64,000 nucleotides of DNA from an uncultured Halobacteriales archaeon (GCA_964510865.1 CAZEDI010000002.1:8579-72578), one strand, 5' to 3'. Shown: positions 38,765 through 48,850, numbered from the stretch's first letter. The notes: generated from the letters alone by a model not told the origin. Translations and numbers: made by a program.

Positions 38765-40048
38765 ATGACTCTTCCTCCTGAATTTAAGGACATTGACGGA
38801 CGCATAGATTCCATCTTCAAAGATGGAGAATCTTATAGCGAAACCACTGATATCCAACTTCCAGAAACACTGCCGCCCGGGATGACTGACAGTCAGGCAG
38901 AGGAGTGGATGGAACCCATTGAAAATACAGGTGATGATTCACAAAAATACGATTTTGATCCGGTAGAACCTTTTGGGATCCACGAATTCAATGGAGAAGT
39001 GAATTCACGGTTATCAAATAATGTATTTATTGGTATTGATGGGGCCAATTTTGATGTCAAACGGGAGGAGCTTCTACTTCTAAAATCTCGTGGAGTGGGC
39101 TTCTTCTACCCATACACGGCGGAGCTCTCACGATCAAAAGTTGAGCATCCCGCTCGAGCCTTTTACATCATGAAACCGGGACTTCTACGAGACGGTTACG
39201 ACGATTACGTGGAAGTCGAAGATGAAGCTAGCCGTGCAATAGACCTTGAGGCTGTTAGAAATAAACGCTGGATGTTTCTCCGATATGATCGGGATACTAA
39301 CTCTTCTAATCCGTATATGCAAGCAATGGGTGCAAATGTGAAGATGATGCAATTATCTGAAATATGTGCTGCGGATAACGCCTCAGATCGAGCAATCGAG
39401 GAAGGGGTGGAGCCGGCAAATGTTCATTTACTTTTTGATGGGAGTCTCCCACCTAAGTCGGTTGAGCCTAATACATATGGGGCCGAATTCACTCGGTTGA
39501 TCGAAAAAGGCATTAACATATATTCTGTCGTAAAGAGACTATCCAGCTCACGATTGTTCGTTCAGCTACTAAAGGAAAAGGAGGAGATATGTAGAGGTCT
39601 CTTAGATATTGACAACGATGATCTTCAGAGCGATTATATTAATGATACAGCTTTGATCCGAGATTTACTCCAACCAGGCCAGTATACTTCCTTTATTAGG
39701 TATAAAGTAATTGGAAAAACACGAGGAGAGCATATTAACCTGCCAGAGTCTGTGATACCTGCAACAAGTTATGTGATGACTGAGAAAGAGAACATATTTC
39801 GGGTGGAATTCCCCTCATATTACTTAGATGAAAATGGGTCGCATCCGGATGCCCACGATCTGGTGCAGACATTCTTTACCCTCACACATGAGAATAATGG
39901 TGGATTACCGACACCAAATAAGTTCGCGGACAAGCTTGCTTCCTACACTTTAGCCGAAAGGAAATCTGCGAACGCAATTATCGATTCATGGGCAAGAAAT
40001 AAGTTAGGTAACCTAAAACTCAATAAAGTATACGGGGAGCCCCAATGA
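38765..40048 (+). CDS. NurA-like nuclease
   Basis: 427 aa. The ordered motifs FIGIDGANF, HLLFDGSLPP, IYSVVKRLSSS and GLPTPNKFADKLASYTLAER resemble the NurA (RNase H-like) pattern DGS ... DGSL ... K-S-S ... P-x-AD. The stop overlaps the HerA-like start (ATGA). Confidence 0.6.
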   Translation: MTLPPEFKDIDGRIDSIFKDGESYSETTDIQLPETLPPGMTDSQAEEWMEPIENTGDDSQKYDFDPVEPFGIHEFNGEVNSRLSNNVFIGIDGANFDVKREELLLLKSRGVGFFYPYTAELSRSKVEHPARAFYIMKPGLLRDGYDDYVEVEDEASRAIDLEAVRNKRWMFLRYDRDTNSSNPYMQAMGANVKMMQLSEICAADNASDRAIEEGVEPANVHLLFDGSLPPKSVEPNTYGAEFTRLIEKGINIYSVVKRLSSSRLFVQLLKEKEEICRGLLDIDNDDLQSDYINDTALIRDLLQPGQYTSFIRYKVIGKTRGEHINLPESVIPATSYVMTEKENIFRVEFPSYYLDENGSHPDAHDLVQTFFTLTHENNGGLPTPNKFADKLASYTLAERKSANAIIDSWARNKLGNLKLNKVYGEPQ

Positions 40049-41880
40049 AAGAGAATCTCCGCGAGCGACTGGATGAGGAGATTGGTCAACCCTATATTGA
40101 TATTGAGAATGGCTTTACCTTTGGACCTGAAGAGGATCTTACGTTCCTCGTTCGGCCAGAAATAAGTTCTCAAATTCTCCGTGGTGACCCATTGTTGGCA
40201 TATGATCTAAAGGATGAGCACTGGTATGGGGTTGAAGTCAAGGAGGTGCAGATCATGAAAACGTCTACCCTCGATCGTGAGCGAGATTTATATGCTATTG
40301 ATCAAGATACCTTAGTTGATAGATATTTAGAGCGGCAAGAAATGTTTGACGATCCTGCAATTATAAAAGTCGAGCCTATAGCATCATTCTCAGACGGGAC
40401 ACGTCGTGCCGCGAATAAGTGCCCTAGCAGTGCCTCGGTACTCTTACGACCTCGTCCTACCGAGGAAGAAACCATCGTAGAACACGAACCTGGCCTCGGC
40501 GAAATCCTGGGATTGCCGACAGCTGGCATCCCCCTAGGGGCGGTATCGGTTGACCAACGGGCATTCAGGGCGGCTAACGGAGATTCTGAAAATCCGTATC
40601 TGGAGTTTAAACTTGACCTCGAGCAGCTCAGTAACAAGCATGTCGTCGTATTTGGGGCGTCTGGACAAGGAAAAACCTCGTTCTTGAAACATAGTTCAAA
40701 AAGACTTGGCGCAGAAGGCTATGGTATCATCTTCTTCGACATACAGGGCGACATCATCCAAACATTATTCCATCCCGAGAGAAACCCCGACCAGCAAGAT
40801 CTCCTTGAAGAAGAATTTCATAGTGATTTCCTTGCCCAGATAAGGAGCACTCCTCAGTTGCCCGATGATGTAGAAACGAATGTTTACTTCCCTGTCACGG
40901 AGCACGTAGATGACGATGATCGTAACCGGATCAGTAATCTTTGCGATGCAGCAGGCGCAAATTTCATAGACTTCTCTTTGCGCTTTAGAAACGTGGAATC
41001 CATCGGTGAACTGGCTCACTTCATCGAAATTGCCTCTCCACAAGCTCAAGCAGCCATTGACGAAGTTATCTATAGTGATGAGGAGGTTGATCTTGATACA
41101 GTTATCCGAGAAATGGAAAACGCTACAGCTGATCGTGGCGATTTTGATGAGATAGCTATTCCAGGAATAGGTATCAATTCCCGATACTACGGAAAAACCT
41201 ACGGTTCGGCTCTGAGGGCGCTTCGACAAATTCAGAGGGCAGGGGTCTATGATGCTCGTCAGGTCGAAGAGCCCCAAATGTACGGAAATGCGGGAGAGTA
41301 CAATACCGTATATTTGGCACATCTTGATCAGATGAGTACTCGGCATATGGTTGAAAAACACATCATGGGGTACATGCGCCAGAATAAGGAACAGGTTGAC
41401 GAACCTGGGGTCTATATCGTCTTGGACGAAGCCCATGAGATAGTCCCAGCAGAGGCCACAACCGCTTCTCCAAAAGCCGTCACGGACCGATTGGTCCGAG
41501 AATTCGACAAAATGGCTAGGGAAGGTAGGAAATATAACATCAATCTCATAGTGTCGACTCATTACCCGGGAGATATTAACCAGGTCGTACAGAGCATCTG
41601 TGATACGACTGTAGTGATGGGCATATCTGAAACTGACGCTCAACGGGCAGGTGTCCCGAAGGAATACCAGAATGAAGTCAGTAATTTGGATAGAGGTTAT
41701 GCCTATATCAACACGGCTTCCTCAACCACAGCCCCGTGGACACAGGTTAGAATTCCCTCCACTGATCTTCTTCATATGGATATTAGCGAATGGGGGGTAA
41801 TCAGTGACGAGATTGTACGGAATGCGAGAGATGACGCGATTGATGATGACGAAGAAGGTTATCGCGACATGATGGAATAG
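40045..41880 (+). CDS. HerA-like (DUF87) hexameric ATPase/translocase
   Basis: N-terminal barrel-like region (RGDPLLAYDLKDEHWYGVEVKEVQI), Walker A VVFGASGQGKTS, Walker B VYIVLDEAHEIVP, then REGRKYNINLIVSTHYPGDI. 611 aa. Confidence 0.8.
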   Translation: MKENLRERLDEEIGQPYIDIENGFTFGPEEDLTFLVRPEISSQILRGDPLLAYDLKDEHWYGVEVKEVQIMKTSTLDRERDLYAIDQDTLVDRYLERQEMFDDPAIIKVEPIASFSDGTRRAANKCPSSASVLLRPRPTEEETIVEHEPGLGEILGLPTAGIPLGAVSVDQRAFRAANGDSENPYLEFKLDLEQLSNKHVVVFGASGQGKTSFLKHSSKRLGAEGYGIIFFDIQGDIIQTLFHPERNPDQQDLLEEEFHSDFLAQIRSTPQLPDDVETNVYFPVTEHVDDDDRNRISNLCDAAGANFIDFSLRFRNVESIGELAHFIEIASPQAQAAIDEVIYSDEEVDLDTVIREMENATADRGDFDEIAIPGIGINSRYYGKTYGSALRALRQIQRAGVYDARQVEEPQMYGNAGEYNTVYLAHLDQMSTRHMVEKHIMGYMRQNKEQVDEPGVYIVLDEAHEIVPAEATTASPKAVTDRLVREFDKMAREGRKYNINLIVSTHYPGDINQVVQSICDTTVVMGISETDAQRAGVPKEYQNEVSNLDRGYAYINTASSTTAPWTQVRIPSTDLLHMDISEWGVISDEIVRNARDDAIDDDEEGYRDMME

Positions 41881-41889
41881 CGTTGTCCA

Positions 41890-42900
41890 TTACTTGAATC
41901 CGGTGAGCGCTACATGATCAGGAGCATTCTCAAGGTCAAAACGGGCAGCCATTGGACTAGCTCCGCCGGAATACTCCTGAAGGACCTCTTCTAAGTAATT
42001 CATTGTCGGAGCCAAAGATTTCTTCTTTTCAACTTTATAGAGAACTCTTGCCACGCCGGAATGCATACCGGAGAGAATTGCTGCGTGCTTGACCTCTAAT
42101 CGCCGAGTCAATTCAGAGTGTTCTTGGCGAACACCCTCGAACATCGTCCATGCTATCATGTATTCAACCAATTCATGGAACGAATCCACCTTCGGCATTC
42201 GGTATGCTTTGGAAAGAGGGGCGTGCATACCCCAGCGTTGAAGATGTATGTCTCCGTAGGTTATAGCCAGGTATCCATCATCGATTAAACGAATTGCTTG
42301 TGGAACCGAGGCAAACGGGCTACCGCAAGGATCGAGGTCGATGAAATCAAATGGGGGCGCTTTCTTCCCAACTAAACGGTGGAGTATATTATTCACATTC
42401 TCATTGTAACAAGTAACTCGTTTACACCCTAGACCAATATTCGTGTACCTGCAATTGGTTGGCGTTCTCCCATTCGGAGATCGAAAGTCGACCCGGTGTC
42501 GGTTTATGAGATTCTCGATTAGTTTGTCGAATTTTTTATCGTCAATCTCACAACAAATAAGTGATTCAACGGCATTCAAATAAACCTCTGCACTGCCTCC
42601 TGTTCCAGAATACCCCTCTAATGCTCGTAGATCATAGCCTTTGTCCTCGGCAATAATCCCTATCCATTGCTCATTCAGACGATACTTCGCCTTTTGATGA
42701 GGTGAATTATAGAGACCCTCCCGTTTTCTTAGCTTCCGCAATTTGTTCTTGACCGCTTGACGACTGCGGTTATCAAATCGCTCGGTGATTTCGTCGATCG
42801 TTAAGTCGGTTTCCTCTCCAAGGTGTAAGAGTTCCTCTTCCTCTGGGGCCGTCCATTTTCTTCCATTTGTGTTATTGGCTGTTGGCTTTTCATAGCTCAT
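41890..42900 (-). CDS. Myb/SANT-like domain fused to a Trm1-like (guanine-N2-type) SAM methyltransferase
   Basis: The N-terminus GRKWTAPEEEELLHLG...RSRQAVKNKLRKLRK is SANT/Myb-like. The MTase core has LEGYSGTGGSA (SAM-binding-like) and FDFIDLDPCGSPFASVPQAIRLIDDGYLAITYGD (compare Trm1 DLDPFGSP). Confidence 0.6.
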   Translation of the reverse strand: MSYEKPTANNTNGRKWTAPEEEELLHLGEETDLTIDEITERFDNRSRQAVKNKLRKLRKREGLYNSPHQKAKYRLNEQWIGIIAEDKGYDLRALEGYSGTGGSAEVYLNAVESLICCEIDDKKFDKLIENLINRHRVDFRSPNGRTPTNCRYTNIGLGCKRVTCYNENVNNILHRLVGKKAPPFDFIDLDPCGSPFASVPQAIRLIDDGYLAITYGDIHLQRWGMHAPLSKAYRMPKVDSFHELVEYMIAWTMFEGVRQEHSELTRRLEVKHAAILSGMHSGVARVLYKVEKKKSLAPTMNYLEEVLQEYSGGASPMAARFDLENAPDHVALTGFK

Positions 42901-42972
42901 TTTGAATTACCAACTGTTCTTGTCGATCTCTTTTCTAGGGCCACTTACATAAGATCTTGGGAAAATAGCGTC

Positions 42973-44196
42973 TTAGTAGTCTGAAAGCGAGGCTTGGCCG
43001 CCCTCCTCGTCGTTTTCCGTACCCCTGGGTCTCCTAGAGCACCCCTTTGAGGATGTAACTTCATCTCGCTCTCCGCCCCAGTCAGATAATCCAGCTTGCT
43101 GCTGATCTTCATATGAAAGGTTTTTCACCGTCACTCCGATCTTCCGAATCTCAACATCTTGGAACTCTTCCAACAACTCCAAAGCGATGTTTTCCACGAC
43201 ATCAGAATCCTCCACGTGGCCAGGCAGTGATTGAGATCGGCGATGAATCTCAAAAGATAGAGTTACGACTTTGATTCCGATTGTCCGGTACAACGCGCCC
43301 TCGCCTCGAGCTCGGTCGGTGACTTCTTCTGAGAGCGTTTTTACTATGGAGGTTATCCGTTCAAGATCTGAAGTAGGCTCTGATAAGGCTGAATCGCGGA
43401 GGAAGCTTTTCGGCGGGTCAGCCGGGGTAACTTCTCGATGATCTTCTCCTCGCGCAAACCGATGGATGCGTACTCCGCGTTTTCCATATAGGTTCTCGAG
43501 GAGATCTGGATCAGCTCCTGCGAGATCTCCAGCTGTCTCAATCCCTCTTTCTCGGAGTTCTCTGGCGGTCTCTTTACCTACCTCGTGAATTTCCTCAAGA
43601 TCAAGGGGTGCCAGAAACTCGCGAAGTTCGCTCGGTCGGATGAGGTACCAGCCATCGGGCTTTTCGTAGTCACTAGCAATTTTGGCCGCACTCATGTTCG
43701 GCGCGACACCAATGCTCGATGTAATTCCAATTTCGTTTTGAATTCGTTTCTTGATTCCGGATGCATATCCCTCTGCCCGATCCCATGTTGTCTGATCTGT
43801 GACATCCAAATAAGCCTCGTCAACGCTCACTTCTCGGACAACATCGGCCATCTGATGGAGGATCGCTTTCACCTCGTCACTGATCGATTTGTAGTACGGC
43901 ATATCAACGGGGAAATAGTGCCCCTCGTCTGGGGGTAGGAGGTCTATCGCCTCAGCGATCGGTTGGGCACTGTGGACACCCGCATCGCGTGCCGGATAAT
44001 TAGCTGTCGCAACGACTCCATTCGAATCTCCTTCTTCGTATCCCATCCCGACCACGATCGGCTCGCCCTCAAGGTCCGGGTGCCGCAGCTGCTCGCAGGC
44101 CGCGTAGAAACAATCCATGTCGACGTGCATTACGATCCACGAGTCCCCTTGAGGGCCGTCATCAGAGAACACGGTAGAACGCTCGGAATCGGTCAT
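42973..44196 (-). CDS. dinB: Y-family DNA polymerase (DinB/Dpo4-like)
   Basis: IVMHVDMDCFYAACEQLRHPDL..PIVVG, VSVDEAYLDVT, SIGVAPNMSAAKIASDYEKPDG, and a little-finger domain at the C-terminus. Confidence 0.9.
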   Translation of the reverse strand: MTDSERSTVFSDDGPQGDSWIVMHVDMDCFYAACEQLRHPDLEGEPIVVGMGYEEGDSNGVVATANYPARDAGVHSAQPIAEAIDLLPPDEGHYFPVDMPYYKSISDEVKAILHQMADVVREVSVDEAYLDVTDQTTWDRAEGYASGIKKRIQNEIGITSSIGVAPNMSAAKIASDYEKPDGWYLIRPSELREFLAPLDLEEIHEVGKETARELRERGIETAGDLAGADPDLLENLYGKRGVRIHRFARGEDHREVTPADPPKSFLRDSALSEPTSDLERITSIVKTLSEEVTDRARGEGALYRTIGIKVVTLSFEIHRRSQSLPGHVEDSDVVENIALELLEEFQDVEIRKIGVTVKNLSYEDQQQAGLSDWGGERDEVTSSKGCSRRPRGTENDEEGGQASLSDY

Positions 44197-44266
44197 TCGC
44201 TGTCCGAAGTAGAAGGACCTGTGGCATATTTATGTCGCCGCCAGGTCTGCCTGCCTTTGGACTTTT

Positions 44267-44527
44267 CTAAACTTTGGAAGCGTGGTAGGTCGTCACGAGG
44301 TTACCACTATCCTCGACGAATGCAGCTCGGCTCCGATGATCGACGAGTACTCTTCCTTCGATATTATCTGTGGAAACGTACTCAGCTCGTTGAATCGCGT
44401 TCTTGAACGCGTCGAGACTCTTGTTACTTGACACCGCTCGACGCTTGAAATGTTGACACGCGTGATAGCTCGTCTCGACGATCTCCGCAATATCGGTGAC
44501 GTAAACGGTGTGCTTGGCCTGATTCAT
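44267..44527 (-). CDS. Small hypothetical protein heading the dinB operon (weak DUF4258/toxin-like pattern)
   Basis: Start is ATG 44527 (GTG 44536 alternative). YHACQHFKRRAVS ... GRVLVDH ... NLVTTYHA loosely recalls the DUF4258 layout. Low certainty. Confidence 0.4.
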   Translation of the reverse strand: MNQAKHTVYVTDIAEIVETSYHACQHFKRRAVSSNKSLDAFKNAIQRAEYVSTDNIEGRVLVDHRSRAAFVEDSGNLVTTYHASKV

Positions 44528-45037
44528 GAGAACCACTTTGGTCCAGTCGGTTTATCGACTGGTGAGAAACATGAGGACTTGAATTCAACGGGGCGGGTAT
44601 CATCTTTAGGAAAGCGGCCGTACTCTACGGATTTTGTAGGACACTATACATACCTTGTAAAGCAATACCAGGCTCTTTAGTGAACTCTCCCGGATATTCA
44701 AGACCGGCCTGTGTGAGAATATTTATATCATTTTTTTCCAAATATCCAGCTATCTTATTAGTGATAGTATTCTCCCTCGGCGAGACACTCATATTTGGGG
44801 CTCAGGACAGAGACATATAAATATAACATAATTACCTGATTCTACCTATGATCAGAAATAGAGACCCATCCCCACCCCGTTGGGAATTCACTTTTCGGTA
44901 TTCGGGTAGAGTAACTTATCGTCTGTATTGTACTTGGTCCGCCCAACTCCAGATACGACCAATTCTTAGCTAGAGCTGATACTCCGGTAGTAGATATTTT
45001 AGCGCTTGCGCAATATTATATCGTCATAGGAATTCCA

Positions 45038-45514
45038 ATGATATGCCACAAAACCTATTCAGAATACGAGTTTGAGCAAACCTTGCCAACAGAACTTGAG
45101 CGGTTGATCAACGATCACGACCACCTTATCAGTGAGGCAGACCCTCTTCCTGATTCGGAAGGTGCGTGGAATCTAGAAAAGCCAGCGTCGTGGATTGAGC
45201 TGCTCTATCCGGCAGAAAAACAAGAGGAGGTTGGTGAAATCCCCGACGCGTACTCCTCAGAAGAGTATCCCGAGGCAGAAGAGATAGGCATCTTCCTATA
45301 CGAATTCTCTCACTGGTTCTACTTCACCTTCAATGGGCTCCGCCTGTTTTTCTCCCGGTTCCCTTCCGTCCCCCCGTTTCTTGCCCACGCCGGAAACAAG
45401 AATGGCGATGCAGCTCTATCTGGGATTCTGCTTGGCTATGACCTGCGGGATGTAGCCCAATACACGATTGAGTGCGGCCAAGGGTTCAAGATGAAAGGAG
45501 GGTTTGAAAACTAA
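45038..45514 (+). CDS. Hypothetical acidic protein
   Basis: 158-aa ORF with an ATG start in the AT-rich island. No motif recognised. Confidence 0.45.
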   Translation: MICHKTYSEYEFEQTLPTELERLINDHDHLISEADPLPDSEGAWNLEKPASWIELLYPAEKQEEVGEIPDAYSSEEYPEAEEIGIFLYEFSHWFYFTFNGLRLFFSRFPSVPPFLAHAGNKNGDAALSGILLGYDLRDVAQYTIECGQGFKMKGGFEN

Positions 45515-45889
45515 ACGGGAGTAAAGCAACATATTGCGAGGGATCATAACACATTGAAGTCAGAAGTATCCTTCACGGACTAAAATTCACTAGTTCCGAA
45601 AGTCAAAATCTGTGTAAGAGAATATACAGCATCATACGTGTTTGAAAAGAAATAACTTCCAGTTTTGGCAAATTATAAGGTTTCTAGAATTAACAATTAA
45701 CCATGGTAGTGATCGCTCCAGTGTTTGAAAATATAGACAACCAAAGGACCTGGGGGTGAAGAAATCATATGTGAACGTTGTGAGTCTACAGTCGCAAAGG
45801 AATTTGACTGGGATTCGGTCAGCAATATCTATACGGAATGTCCTGGTTTTGGCGCGACCGTGCTTCTTGGCGGTCTATAATTTCCACCA

Positions 45890-46951
45890 ATGATTGACTG
45901 GGACCGATTGAAATCCTGGATCAAGATCGGTTTAGCAGTTATTATGGTAGGAACGTTTTTCGGAGGATTAGCCATGGCGGCAAGGTTGCACTTTGGTAAT
46001 TTGGGAGTCACAATCGTCGATATCGCCATGACCGGAGTCTTGACAGGTGCGCTCGCGTATCTTTATTTCCAGCAGACTCGCATTTTGGACGAACAACAGG
46101 ATCTCTTTACACACCAATTGAACCGTGAAGCTAGACAACTACACACAGAAACACTGAGAGAACGAGTACGAATGTGGCACGGCAACCCAGAGAGGAAGTC
46201 TTTAGAAAACCAACAACAGGGGCCTATTGAAAATTTGCCGCAAGTGAGGGGTGCGTCGTTCAGGTCTGCATCAAACCTTGGAATTGACTTGCAATTAGGA
46301 TGGGAGAATGAATTCCATACCATACCAGTAGAACTCAGGAACGATCCATATTTCGAGGACTTGCTAGAAAACCATGCCTCAAATTTACGAGAAACCAAGG
46401 CGGAAATTGAGGAATTGCATGGAGAATTCACTACCTTGAGGGGGGATTTTATTGAGCAATACGAAGACGGGATTGTAGAGGATCGTGGAGATTACCGCAT
46501 TGAGCCGGCATCCAATTTATCAAATTGGATATTCGAGTTGATAGTCTTATACGAACGAAATCGGCTTTATGGTGACTCTATCCTCGATCGGGCATTATCT
46601 AATATCAATCAGAACAAACAGAGTCCACTGGTACCAGATAAATCCGAGCTACGATTCCATGCAGATTTTGGCAGAGGATCGGCGGCTATCTATTCCGCCA
46701 AATTTGAGGAGGCCGATAGAGACGAATTACGGGAGTGGCAGGAGGAAATAGAAGCCGAGATATTGGATGTTGTTAAGAACATAATACACCGAATTGATGA
46801 GGACGAACCATACTCAATCGCTCGGGAAGCTGCTTCTATTCTCGATCGAGCCCAAGTAAAGGTCGAAAAATTAGACGAACTTCTCATTGAGTATTATGGC
46901 AGGCCCATCTATAGTGGAGATTGTAAATATCTGCAAGAAGCCCGGATCTAA
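45890..46951 (+). CDS. Membrane-anchored (2 TM) protein with large helical cytoplasmic domain
   Basis: 353 aa. The N-terminus has IKIGLAVIMVGTFFGGLAMAA and VDIAMTGVLTGALAYLYF, followed by Q/E/R-rich helices. Confidence 0.55.
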   Translation: MIDWDRLKSWIKIGLAVIMVGTFFGGLAMAARLHFGNLGVTIVDIAMTGVLTGALAYLYFQQTRILDEQQDLFTHQLNREARQLHTETLRERVRMWHGNPERKSLENQQQGPIENLPQVRGASFRSASNLGIDLQLGWENEFHTIPVELRNDPYFEDLLENHASNLRETKAEIEELHGEFTTLRGDFIEQYEDGIVEDRGDYRIEPASNLSNWIFELIVLYERNRLYGDSILDRALSNINQNKQSPLVPDKSELRFHADFGRGSAAIYSAKFEEADRDELREWQEEIEAEILDVVKNIIHRIDEDEPYSIAREAASILDRAQVKVEKLDELLIEYYGRPIYSGDCKYLQEARI

Positions 46952-47054
46952 TACTCTTCATGATGGAATTCATAAACTTAATATCGCGAATAAAATCACT
47001 AATATGGATCAACTATATTATAAGCTCCCCGTTCATTTAGGAACCGATATTAAT

Positions 47055-47906
47055 TCAAATTGCTTGACTTGTGGTAGCGTCTACACAGAGCCCCTGAATT
47101 TTAGCCCGAAGAATATTACCCAGTGAACTGTTTTCTGTATAATTTGGTAAGTACGGTGAATCTACCCGCCACGGAGCTTCCATAAATTCAATTGCTCTTT
47201 GCTTAGACGATTCATTATCTTGATCAAAAACCCCGTAAACATACCCGCCATTCCGTTTTAATAAAGAAAAACATGGGACGTCGGTCAATCCATCGCCAAC
47301 GTAAATCATATTTTCCCATCTGACTCGCCGGTCCTCATAATCAACTTGCCTATTCACGATGTAAGGATTAGATTGTGACTCTTCTCTAGTTATCCCTTTG
47401 TTTATTTCAAACAGATATTTTGTTTTTTCTGTGAAGTTAACAGACTTCTTGATTCTATTCAAATATCCCCCTCCTTGGCTTCCTAATTCACATGCGTATA
47501 TTTCTTCCAAATAATCTGATAATTCAGTCCCCAATATCAATTCCCTTAATCCACCCGATATGATGTAATACTCGATGGATACATCTCTGTGATTACTAAC
47601 TATGTTTTCTAGATCTGAAAAAATCTCTGGCACTCCATCAAATGTGTGAGCATCCAACGTTGATCCAAATGATCTTAGATCCTCATTGGTTAACTGTCCA
47701 ATATCATCGTCGGGTTGAGCTTTCTCTAAAAAGGCATTCAGCCAAGCGTTGGTAGGATCGTACCCTTGCTCAACGAGATTGCTCTTCTCAGATTGCCAGA
47801 ATGCATCGACATCAATGCCATGGTCTTCTAGAAACAAACTAGTAGAATCAGGAACCAATGTGTCATCAAAATCAAATATTACTGCAAGATTGGTATGTTG
47901 GGGCAT
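47055..47906 (-). CDS. HAD-superfamily hydrolase (subfamily IB-like)
   Basis: Motif I VIFDFDDTLV, motif II IISGG, motif III/IV K...YVGDGLTDVPCF. Confidence 0.75.
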   Translation of the reverse strand: MPQHTNLAVIFDFDDTLVPDSTSLFLEDHGIDVDAFWQSEKSNLVEQGYDPTNAWLNAFLEKAQPDDDIGQLTNEDLRSFGSTLDAHTFDGVPEIFSDLENIVSNHRDVSIEYYIISGGLRELILGTELSDYLEEIYACELGSQGGGYLNRIKKSVNFTEKTKYLFEINKGITREESQSNPYIVNRQVDYEDRRVRWENMIYVGDGLTDVPCFSLLKRNGGYVYGVFDQDNESSKQRAIEFMEAPWRVDSPYLPNYTENSSLGNILRAKIQGLCVDATTSQAI

Positions 47907-48279
47907 ATTTTAAGGATATTCTATAGGACTATTAATGTGACGGGTATCCATAATATGCAATATCTATCTCGGATAATTCTGATAATTAGGAAATCTCTTT
48001 AACCTTACGGTGTGGAAAATTCTTGCAGATTTTTAGCGTACTTTGTAAGTTGTTTTCTAGCTTGGACTAATCGTTTTACCCTCTGCCTGTTTTCGAAGCT
48101 ATTCGTCTCCCTTTTGTTGTTTGTCATGGAACCGGTCCAGTTTGATTGTTCATCCAATGGATTATAAAACCAGTCCATGCAGTGTGAAAGTGTCTGACAA
48201 TAATTGAGATTTATGTCCCAATGTCTATCAGAGGTCGCATATCCCGCCACCGCAGATCAATATTCTCGCCAGAATCAAG

Positions 48280-48444
48280 CTAAACTTGATAGATAACACT
48301 TCCACGACTATCGCCAGTGAGGCCTTCAGCATCGTCCAGAATAATCTCATCAATCACGCCATGCTCTCCATGGAACGAATAATCCGGATCCGTTTCGTCG
48401 GGAATATCAACCCGAACACAATCGCCGACAGAGAATCGTTCCAT
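48280..48444 (-). CDS. Small acidic protein (SH3-like pattern)
   Basis: ATG 48444 (MERFSVGDCVRVDIPDETDPDYSFHGEHGVIDEI...). TTG 48477 is the alternative start. Confidence 0.35.
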   Translation of the reverse strand: MERFSVGDCVRVDIPDETDPDYSFHGEHGVIDEIILDDAEGLTGDSRGSVIYQV

Positions 48445-48850
48445 ACTGGATAATACTGTCTGTACAGCGGTAGGCAATCAAGGCTTCCCTGAAGTTCAAA
48501 TTGGACTCAAAGAGCTATTGACTTGGTTACGTTAAGGAAGACTATTGCCGAGTAGTGAATTGGTGATGGGTTGGATGACTAGCGTTCAGGGAAACACTTA
48601 GGGCACGGATCGACCCCGTCTGCTTCCAACTCAGGTGGGTCATCCTGCTATGGAGTTGGTTGATATCCAGGAATTCTTCAGCCAAGGTTTGGGCACTCAT
48701 TTTTGTGATAGAGTCCCGTCTGCGTGTAAAACATACCATTGGATACTAGCGATATGACTTATGTTAATACGCTCACCAAGAGTGGGTGCCGGATTATAGT
48801 GAACGCATCAAACAATGCTGGGAAAACGGTGTGGAGTATAAAGGAGCGTG

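Noticed and set aside
45737-45880. Zinc-ribbon-like reading frame (..CERCESTVAKEF...ECPGFG..) in the spacer before gene 45890
   Set aside because: The frame is bounded upstream by TAG at 45734-45736 and contains no ATG, GTG or TTG start before the Cys motif. It is possibly a decayed gene remnant.
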